Under the pieces are notes generated by a model. The model did no database searches. It was not told the origin of the DNA and saw nothing but the letters and a program-made list of their open reading frames with translations. A stretch of DNA of 37,105 bases from a virus (lineage: Duplodnaviria; Caudoviricetes). The position numbers and the translations under genes are program-made. Of the stretch, positions 1-6,028 are shown piece after piece. The stretch is taken from the IMG/VR virus record IMGVR_UViG_3300033076_000347, positions 1 to 37,105 of that record; one strand, 5' to 3'. Every line of letters starts with the position of its first letter. Position 1 is the first letter of the stretch.

Positions 1-249
1 ATTGCCGTCATTGACGAAAATCAGGAAGCATTTACTAAAGATGGATTCTTTGCAAGTAGCAGAGAAGAATGTGAATCTGACTTATTCATGAAGCCTAAAG
101 TTGTTGAAGGGTGGTTCAATGTTTATGTTTCTCTAAGCAATCAGATATTCATTAGTCATACTTATTCTTCAGAAGAAAAAGCAAAATCAAGTATTATTGA
201 ACCTTCTGCATACATCAAAACCATTAAAATAACTAACGAGATGAAATAG
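1..249 (+). CDS. 3' part of a small phage hypothetical protein (5'-truncated by window edge)
   Basis: Frame +1 is open from base 1 (IAVIDENQEAFTKDG...SDLFMKPKVVEGWFNVY...IKITNEMK) to TAG 247-249; absent from the ORF track at full length because no start is in the window. Confidence 0.75.
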   Translation: MAVIDENQEAFTKDGFFASSREECESDLFMKPKVVEGWFNVYVSLSNQIFISHTYSSEEKAKSSIIEPSAYIKTIKITNEMK

Positions 250-261
250 TAATTAGTCATT

Positions 262-451
262 GAACCTCCAAGCCTCTTAACAATGCACACCGTGGAGAGT
301 ACCTTGCAGACGAAGTACAAGTCATTGCAAGTAGCTAACACCAAGCTAAAGTCGGGTGTATGTGTTGTTCCCTTGAGAAAGGAATAGATAAAGGAGGATA
401 AGCTGCTTTCAAAAGCATTGTATCTCACAACACAGGGGACTTCTCATCCTC
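262..451 (+). ncRNA. candidate multi-helix structured RNA upstream of the tRNA-like array
   Basis: Non-coding; helices CTCCA 266-270/TGGAG 293-297, CTTGCA 303-308/TGCAAG 326-331, TAGCT 332-336/AGCTA 344-348, TGTGTTGT 361-368/ACAACACA 427-434 enclosing TGCTTT/AAAGCA. Confidence 0.45.
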
Positions 452-457
452 AAACAT

Positions 458-570
458 AGTCAGGTGGCGGAATTGGTAGACGCACCAATGAACAAGGGTG
501 GTAACTCGCAGCCGGAAGCGATGTTCTCAGTTCGTTATCACAAATACAGGTTCGAATCCTGTCCTGACTG
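458..570 (+). ncRNA. tRNA-like RNA 1 (113 nt; 62-nt insert in place of anticodon/variable arms)
   Basis: Acceptor AGTCAGG/CCTGACT, D arm GCG-GAATTGGTAGA-CGC, T arm ACAGG-TTCGAAT-CCTGT; insert folds GTGGTAAC 498-505/GTTATCAC 534-541 and TCGC/GCGA; no canonical anticodon loop; no encoded CCA. Confidence 0.8.
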
Positions 571-720
571 CACTTATACATGGCTATTATTTACCTTGTA
601 CCGTGGCCTCGCGGTTGGGATAGACACAGCTTGAATGATTTTGGTTAGCCATGTACACGTGTGTAACATACGCCATAATTCAAGCAGGGGCGTTGGTGAC
701 TGACGAGATAGTCACAACAT

Positions 721-816
721 AGTCAGGTGGCGGAATGGTAGACGCAGGAGCGGATTGGTTAAACCGTAGTCCTCGAGGTAAGCTCCTCATTACAGGTTCG
801 AATCCTGTCCTGACTA
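721..816 (+). ncRNA. tRNA-like RNA 2 (96 nt; anticodon loop expanded to 30 nt)
   Basis: Same scaffold; anticodon-position stem GGAGC 747-751/GCTCC 782-786, 5-nt variable loop TCATT, loop 752-781 is 30 nt with an internal hairpin GGATT/AGTCC. Confidence 0.8.
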
Positions 817-874
817 CAACCTTTTCATGCATGGACCTCTCGATATAAATGCATGCGGTAGGATGATAAATCGA

Positions 875-894
875 TGACAGCTCGGAAAGACGGC
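875..894 (+). promoter_or_regulatory. TGACA + GAAAGA-loop hairpin motif, copy 1
   Basis: TGACAGCTCGGAAAGACGGC just 5' of unit 3; near-identical copy at 1013-1033. Confidence 0.5.
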
Positions 895-900
895 AAACAT

Positions 901-972
901 AGTCAGGTGGCGAAATTGGCACGCATCCATGAACAACGCGGAAGATTGCAGGTTCGAATCCTGCCCTGACTA
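901..972 (+). ncRNA. tRNA-like RNA 3 (72 nt; canonical size, degenerate anticodon arm)
   Basis: Same scaffold with T stem GCAGG/CCTGC; anticodon stem TCCAT/GCGGA has an A-C mismatch and loop GAACAAC lacks U33 (nominal anticodon ACA). Confidence 0.75.
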
Positions 973-1012
973 CTAAAGGTGCCAACCCCGAAACATTGAA
1001 AGAAAAAGTTGG

Positions 1013-1033
1013 TGACACCTCGGAAAGACGGGG
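1013..1033 (+). promoter_or_regulatory. TGACA + GAAAGA-loop hairpin motif, copy 2
   Basis: TGACACCTCGGAAAGACGGGG; stem CCTCG/CGGGG, outer pairs differ from copy 1 while pairing is kept. Confidence 0.5.
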
Positions 1034-1038
1034 AACAT

Positions 1039-1197
1039 AGTCAGGTGGCGGAATTGGTTAGACGCTTAATGATACGCACGGCAACCGAAACGTAACAGTA
1101 CTCAATGGTTAGGCAATGCGAATAATGAAGGACAATACCTCACAGTGCGTAGGTAAATTTTAAAGTGTTCATGCAGGTTCGAATCCTGCCCTGACTG
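1039..1197 (+). ncRNA. tRNA-like RNA 4 (159 nt; 107-nt insert)
   Basis: Same scaffold with T stem GCAGG/CCTGC; insert 1066-1172 contains helix TACGCAC 1073-1079/GTGCGTA 1145-1151. Confidence 0.8.
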
Positions 1198-1218
1198 CAA
1201 ATTTTTAAATCAAATCAA

Positions 1219-1482
1219 ATGGAAAACAATCCACAACAAAAGTTGACACTCGGGGAGTCGAGATGTCATATCAATTTCAATCCATCTTCAGATGATAAGA
1301 TTGGAGCATTCAAACGTATGATGGCTGATGCCATTGACTATTGCAATCAAGAAGCAAGAAGCTCAACATTATCAAATGTAGATTTTAGCGAGCAAGTAAG
1401 ATGTTTTGAAATCGCAATGGAACATTTAGAAACCGCACAGATGTATGCAGTAAAGGGCATTGCCAAGGGGTTAAAGAAATGA
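1219..1482 (+). CDS. Acb2/Tad1-hairpin-like protein, putative immune-signal sponge
   Basis: 87 aa; TLGESR..INFNPS.DDKI..FK..MADAID and AMEHLETAQMYAVKGI resemble the helical-hairpin pattern of Acb2/Tad1-like phage proteins. Confidence 0.55.
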   Translation: MENNPQQKLTLGESRCHINFNPSSDDKIGAFKRMMADAIDYCNQEARSSTLSNVDFSEQVRCFEIAMEHLETAQMYAVKGIAKGLKK

Positions 1483-1820
1483 AAAGAATAATTAAATTAG
1501 ACCTTCTACAACAAGAGGTTTTGTTGTTGGAGAATGAGGTAAGTATTGCTTCTCAAATCGATTTCTTCCTGAGTGATTCAGAAGCAGAAGCTTCTGCTCA
1601 AGAGTTGAGAAGATTGCCCGTTGCGTTTAGGCAGTGGCACACAAAAAGCGGTGTGAAAAACCTAATGGTAATCCACGGTGAACGAGACTTGGCTATGATT
1701 TCAAGGGTAGTTACGCTTGCTGCTTTTGATATTCTGAGACATAAAAATGTTGAGTCAGAAGAAATGGTAGCACTGCTTGTACAACTATTGATGGATAACA
1801 TTTACGAAAAACAGAAATAA
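1479..1820 (+). CDS. hypothetical protein
   Basis: 113-aa ORF, ATGA overlap with the upstream stop and TAATG coupling with the downstream gene. Confidence 0.7.
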   Translation: MKRIIKLDLLQQEVLLLENEVSIASQIDFFLSDSEAEASAQELRRLPVAFRQWHTKSGVKNLMVIHGERDLAMISRVVTLAAFDILRHKNVESEEMVALLVQLLMDNIYEKQK

Positions 1821-2437
1821 TGAAAAGAGTTAGAGTAAATCAAATAGCTGAGATGTGTCATCAAGTGAACAAAGCTTGGTGCAAGATTACGGGTGATGAT
1901 TCTCAAGTTGATTGGGACTTAGCTCCTGAGTGGCAAAAACAATCAGCTACAGAAGGAGTCTTGTTTATATTAGCAAATCCAAACGCAAAGGAAGATGCTC
2001 AGCACAATGCTTGGATGGCAAGTAAAATAGCTGACGGTTGGGTATACGGAGAGGTGAAAGATGCAGAGAAGAAGACCCACCCTTGTATTGTCCCATTCAA
2101 TGAGCTTCCTTGGGAACAACAAATGAAAGACAAGTTGTTCTGCATTATCGCTGATTCACTTGCAGACATACCCAATCTTATGACATTCGGCCAAGCTATT
2201 GAGCACGCCAAGAGAGGTAAGAAGGTAGCCCGTGCAGGGTGGAATGGTCAAGGTATGTATGCGTACATTGTGCCGGCCAATAGCTACCCCGCTCAGACTG
2301 ACGTAGCTCGTAAAGAGTTTGGTGAAATGGTTCCTTACCGTACCTATTGGGCGCTGAAGACCGCACAGAATAACATAGCAACTTGGGCTCCAAGCGGTAG
2401 CGACTCACTTGCTGAAGATTGGATGGTTGTAGAATAA
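1820..2437 (+). CDS. RyR-domain / DUF2829 (Tad2-like) fusion protein
   Basis: N-terminal RyR motif HNAWM..KIADGWVYG..KDAEKKTHPCIVPFNELP..QQMKD; C-terminal MTFGQAIE..KRGKKVARAGWNG.GMY...WAPSGSDSLAEDWMVV typical of DUF2829/Thoeris anti-defence 2. Confidence 0.85.
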   Translation: MKRVRVNQIAEMCHQVNKAWCKITGDDSQVDWDLAPEWQKQSATEGVLFILANPNAKEDAQHNAWMASKIADGWVYGEVKDAEKKTHPCIVPFNELPWEQQMKDKLFCIIADSLADIPNLMTFGQAIEHAKRGKKVARAGWNGQGMYAYIVPANSYPAQTDVARKEFGEMVPYRTYWALKTAQNNIATWAPSGSDSLAEDWMVVE

Positions 2438-2441
2438 GCGT

Positions 2442-2687
2442 ATGAGAAATCTTTTAAAAAGCAAGATAGAGCTTGTCAATACCAAGCTATCTGAAATCAC
2501 GGGTACAGACCAAACTATGATGGCCGAGATTATCGTAGACCTTAACGATATAGTTGCGGTTCGAGAACACGCTCCTGACAATGAGTCTGAGATAAATCCG
2601 AATACTTGTGCCATTTATTTAAACAATGGAGATTACTTTTGTCTGTTCACACCTTACTCAGAAGTAGTCAGAAGATTGGGTTGGTAA
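2442..2687 (+). CDS. hypothetical protein
   Basis: 81-aa ORF 4 bp after the previous stop, same operon. Confidence 0.7.
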   Translation: MRNLLKSKIELVNTKLSEITGTDQTMMAEIIVDLNDIVAVREHAPDNESEINPNTCAIYLNNGDYFCLFTPYSEVVRRLGW

Positions 2688-2713
2688 AAGCAATGTGTCT
2701 TCAAAGACACACC

Positions 2714-2771
2714 ACTGAGCGTAGCGTTTAGCCCTAAAGATTCTGCGCTCAGTTAACAAATAGATTAGGGC
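2714..2771 (+). promoter_or_regulatory. H-type pseudoknot in the leader of the SSB-like gene
   Basis: Stem ACTGAGCGTAG 2714-2724/CTGCGCTCAGT 2743-2753; loop GCCCTAA 2731-2737 pairs with TTAGGGC 2765-2771; A-rich unstructured tract up to ATG 2789. Confidence 0.6.
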
Positions 2772-2788
2772 ATATAAAACAAATCAAA

Positions 2789-3067
2789 ATGGCAGAAGAA
2801 AAAATCTTTGCTGATGGTTTCTCTTTCAAGAGAAACGAAAACGCTCCTGACTTTGTTGTCGGTCGAGTAAGTATTAAAGTTGAAGACGCAGTTGCGTTCA
2901 TGAAACAAAATGCTAAGAACGGATGGGTCAACCTTGACGTTAAGCAAGCACGTAGTGGTAACTACTACATGGAGCTCGACACCTTTGAACCAAAGGGTAG
3001 TGGCAAGGCGTCAGCCCCCGCTAAATCAGATGCTCCCGCAGAAGAGGATGATGACATCCCGTTCTAA
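2789..3067 (+). CDS. putative single-stranded DNA-binding protein
   Basis: 92 aa, beta-rich N-terminus with aromatics, low-complexity linker and acidic tail EEDDDIPF; next to the primase-helicase. Confidence 0.7.
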   Translation: MAEEKIFADGFSFKRNENAPDFVVGRVSIKVEDAVAFMKQNAKNGWVNLDVKQARSGNYYMELDTFEPKGSGKASAPAKSDAPAEEDDDIPF

Positions 3068-3083
3068 TCCATTGAACCTATAA

Positions 3084-3110
3084 AGAGGGGGATTAATTCC
3101 CCCTTTTTTT
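3084..3110 (+). terminator. intrinsic terminator
   Basis: AGGGGGA-TTAAT-TCCCCCT followed by a T-run, downstream of the SSB-like gene. Confidence 0.8.
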
Positions 3111-3124
3111 AGCTCAATACCATG

Positions 3125-3281
3125 GCAGAAATGTCAAACAATTCCACCCTTTATCTCTATATATATAGTTCTATTCTTTTCTTTTTTTATTATTTTAAAT
3201 TAAAGAAAAAAATCGACATAAAAGACATAGTATAGATATACCAAGGGATCCAAGTAAAAAAATCTATCATAAAAACGACAC
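3125..3281. other. AT-rich intergenic region, candidate replication origin
   Basis: CTATATATATAG palindrome, long T and A tracts, repeated GACAT/GACAC and AAAAAAATC...CATAAAA, directly upstream of the primase-helicase. Confidence 0.35.
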
Positions 3282-5696
3282 ATGAACGTCACTATATTTA
3301 AAAACATAAGAGATACGGACACTCCGTTCTTCCGTCCCGTTCATAAGATCCTTGACAGGATAAAGAATGGGGCATCAAAAGACCTCGTCAGAAGAGTTCG
3401 TGATGAGAAAGGAAAGACTGAGCGCAATGAGATGAAGAAGCAGTTGCCTGCCATTTGTTTCAGTGGTTCATTCAACAAGCGTGCTGACAACTCAATCGTT
3501 GAGCATAGCGGTCTCATCTGCTTGGACTTTGATGGCTACGTAAAGCAGAAAGAACTTCTGCAAGACAAAGAGAACTTCACCAAGAACAAGTACGTGTTCA
3601 GCGTGTTCATCTCACCTTCAGGCAATGGTCTGAAAGTATTGGTTAAGATTCCGGCTGATCCGGACAACCATGTTAACTACTTCAATAGCTTAGAAAGGCA
3701 CTTTAATTCGCCTTATTTCGATAAGACGAGTAAGAACCTCAGCCGAGTTTGTTATGAGTCCTATGACCCTCTATTGTACGTTAACGACAACTCATCAGTA
3801 TGGGATACCATTGAAGAGATTCAGTACACTGAGGTTAGTAAGATCCGGGACGCTCCAACTATTCCAATCACTGACGAGAATAAGATTGTGGAGATACTCG
3901 TTAAGTGGTGGACAAAGAAGTATCCAATGGTTGAAGGTCAGCGCAATCAGAACTGCTACATCTTAGCTATGGCAATGAATGACTTTGGAATTAACCGTAG
4001 CTTAGCTGAGTACATCCTTAAGCAGTATGCCAACGATAGCTTCACGCTTCAGGAGATTGGCGTTACTATATCATCAGCCTATTCCAATGTCGCTAACTTT
4101 GGTACCAAATACTATGAGGATGAGGAGCGCATCAATCAAATCAAAGCAAAGCTTAGGAGAGGTGTACCAAAAAAAGAGATCCGTTCCCAACTACACGACT
4201 CCAACTTGGAAACGGAGGTTATCGAATCGGTGCTTAACAAAGTTGAAGAGGAGAATGCTAAGCAGATATTTTGGAGCAAGAATGATAAGGGTGCCATTAG
4301 AATTATTCACATCCTATTCAAACAATTCTTAGAGGACAATGGGTTCTACAAGTACTGTCCTGAGGGTAGTAAGAACTATGTCTTTGTCAAGGTGACCAAC
4401 AATCTCATTGACCATACGTCAGAGAAAGAGATCAAGGACTTTGTACTTCACCATCTTCTTGAGCTTGACGATGTGTCAGTGTACAATTACTTCGCTGACA
4501 ATACTCGATTCTTTAAGGAGGAGTTCTTGTCAATGCTATCAACGATTGACATCTACTTCATTGCAGATTCAAAAGAGTCAGCCTATCTTTACTACAAGAA
4601 CTGTGCGGTCAAGATTAGCAAGGATGGTGTAACGATCATTGATTACTTAGACCTTGGCGGGTACGTTTGGAAAGACCATGTCATTGACCGGGTCTTCACT
4701 CAGTGTAGTGTGACTGACCGATGTGACTTCAAGAAGTTCATATCCAACATCAATGGCTCTGACCCTGAGCGTGTCAAGTCTATGGAGAGTACGATAGGGT
4801 TCTTGATGCACGGTTATAAGAACCTATCCTTCTGCCCTGCAGTCATCTTAAATGACGAGGTGATCAGTGACAATCCTGAGGGAGGTACCGGTAAAGGATT
4901 GCTGATGAGTGCGCTTAGCCAACTCAAGAAGCTTGTGGTTATCGATGGTAAGTCATTCACCTTTGAACGTAGCTTCGCTTATCAATTGGTGTCAGCAGAC
5001 ACGCAGATACTTTGCTTTGATGACGTGAAGAAACACTTTGACTTTGAGCGGTTGTTCTCTGTGGTTACTGAAGGGTTGACGCTTGAGAAGAAGAACAAGG
5101 ACGCTATCAAGATACCATTCAGCAAGTCACCCAAGATTGCCATCACTACCAACTACGCTATCAAGGGAGCGGGTAATTCATTCGCCCGTAGGAAGTGGGA
5201 GCTTGAGCTACATCAGTACTACAACAAAGCTTTCACTCCTCTTGATGAGTTTGGTAAGTTGATGTTCGGTGATTGGAACGATGACGATTGGTGTGAGTTT
5301 GACAACTATATGATCGGATGCCTTAAGAATTATTTGCGTACAGGACTTGTGAAGAGTAAGTTTGTTAACCTTAAGATTCGTCAGCTGTCAGCAGAGACAT
5401 GCCATGAGTTCATCGAGTGGTGTGGTTTGGTACATGGCCAAGATAGAAGTGCGAACCTTGATGTAGGTGTAAGGCTTTACAAGAATGACCTGTACTTTGC
5501 TTTCATTGATGAGTATCCGGACTACGGGCCCAAGTCAAAGATGACAATCAGCAGGACGCGATTCTACAAATGGCTTGTTGCTTACGCGATGTTCAAAGAG
5601 GGAGTGATGCCTGAGGAAGGAAGAGATCAGTCGGGAAGATGGATCATCATTAGAAAGAAACCGGAGGTTGATTTACAAACACAAATAAAAATATGA
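3282..5696 (+). CDS. primase-helicase (BT4734/VirE-N-type N-terminus, PriCT-like domain, C-terminal P-loop helicase)
   Basis: KKQLPAICFSGSF, HSGLICLDFD, FISPSGNGLKVLV, SRVCYESYDP; GQRNQ PriCT-like; Walker A PEGGTGKG, Walker B ILCFDDV, ITTN motif. Confidence 0.9.
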   Translation: MNVTIFKNIRDTDTPFFRPVHKILDRIKNGASKDLVRRVRDEKGKTERNEMKKQLPAICFSGSFNKRADNSIVEHSGLICLDFDGYVKQKELLQDKENFTKNKYVFSVFISPSGNGLKVLVKIPADPDNHVNYFNSLERHFNSPYFDKTSKNLSRVCYESYDPLLYVNDNSSVWDTIEEIQYTEVSKIRDAPTIPITDENKIVEILVKWWTKKYPMVEGQRNQNCYILAMAMNDFGINRSLAEYILKQYANDSFTLQEIGVTISSAYSNVANFGTKYYEDEERINQIKAKLRRGVPKKEIRSQLHDSNLETEVIESVLNKVEEENAKQIFWSKNDKGAIRIIHILFKQFLEDNGFYKYCPEGSKNYVFVKVTNNLIDHTSEKEIKDFVLHHLLELDDVSVYNYFADNTRFFKEEFLSMLSTIDIYFIADSKESAYLYYKNCAVKISKDGVTIIDYLDLGGYVWKDHVIDRVFTQCSVTDRCDFKKFISNINGSDPERVKSMESTIGFLMHGYKNLSFCPAVILNDEVISDNPEGGTGKGLLMSALSQLKKLVVIDGKSFTFERSFAYQLVSADTQILCFDDVKKHFDFERLFSVVTEGLTLEKKNKDAIKIPFSKSPKIAITTNYAIKGAGNSFARRKWELELHQYYNKAFTPLDEFGKLMFGDWNDDDWCEFDNYMIGCLKNYLRTGLVKSKFVNLKIRQLSAETCHEFIEWCGLVHGQDRSANLDVGVRLYKNDLYFAFIDEYPDYGPKSKMTISRTRFYKWLVAYAMFKEGVMPEEGRDQSGRWIIIRKKPEVDLQTQIKI

Positions 5697-6028
5697 CAGA
5701 GCAACAGAAAATTCACATCGCAATGATCAACTCTTACAATGTAATTGTTGGAAACGTAGAGATAGATGACGTGTTGGATTCAAACGTATCACTATTCTCT
5801 CATGACTTTGAGGAGGAGCTTCAGTATGACAACATGGTATTCATACTCAATTACTTTGAGCAGATTGAGATGTTTGATAAGTGCATTATACTAAGTGCAT
5901 TTATTGACAAGACATTCGACAAGACAGGCAAGCATAAGGAGAAAGCATGCGAGTGTCCTTATCCTGAGATTGAATTGTATGAAGCCAAAACAAAATGCAG
6001 CACATGCAAAAGGAAACTGAAACGTTAG
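5693..6028 (+). CDS. hypothetical protein with C-terminal CxC...CxxC putative zinc ribbon
   Basis: 111-aa ORF, ATGA overlap, CECP...KCSTC. Confidence 0.7.
   Translation: MTEQQKIHIAMINSYNVIVGNVEIDDVLDSNVSLFSHDFEEELQYDNMVFILNYFEQIEMFDKCIILSAFIDKTFDKTGKHKEKACECPYPEIELYEAKTKCSTCKRKLKR

Larger units (their letters stand above)
454..1197 (+). repeat. array of four tRNA-scaffold repeats with variable internal inserts
   Basis: ACAT-AGTCAGGTGGCG(G/A)AAT(T)GG...ACGC at 454, 717, 897, 1035; RCAGGTTCGAATCCTGYCCTGACT ending at 569, 815, 971, 1196. Confidence 0.95.

Noticed and set aside
162-428. 88-aa minus-strand ORF
   Set aside because: Antisense to the + strand gene and the structured region; no recognisable motifs.
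680-1018. 112-aa minus-strand ORF with repeated VVRAGFEP/VVRTGFEP
   Set aside because: This is the typical antisense translation of tRNA T arms; it is a shadow of the tRNA-like array.
458-1197. Calling the units functional tRNA-Leu/Cys genes or intron-containing tRNAs
   Set aside because: No unit has a canonical 5-bp stem plus 7-nt U33 loop. Inserts are far too short for group I/II introns, and I could not find an excision that restores a normal anticodon loop.
454-1197. CRISPR array
   Set aside because: Two alternating constant blocks that form a tRNA fold, very uneven spacing, and no cas genes in the window.
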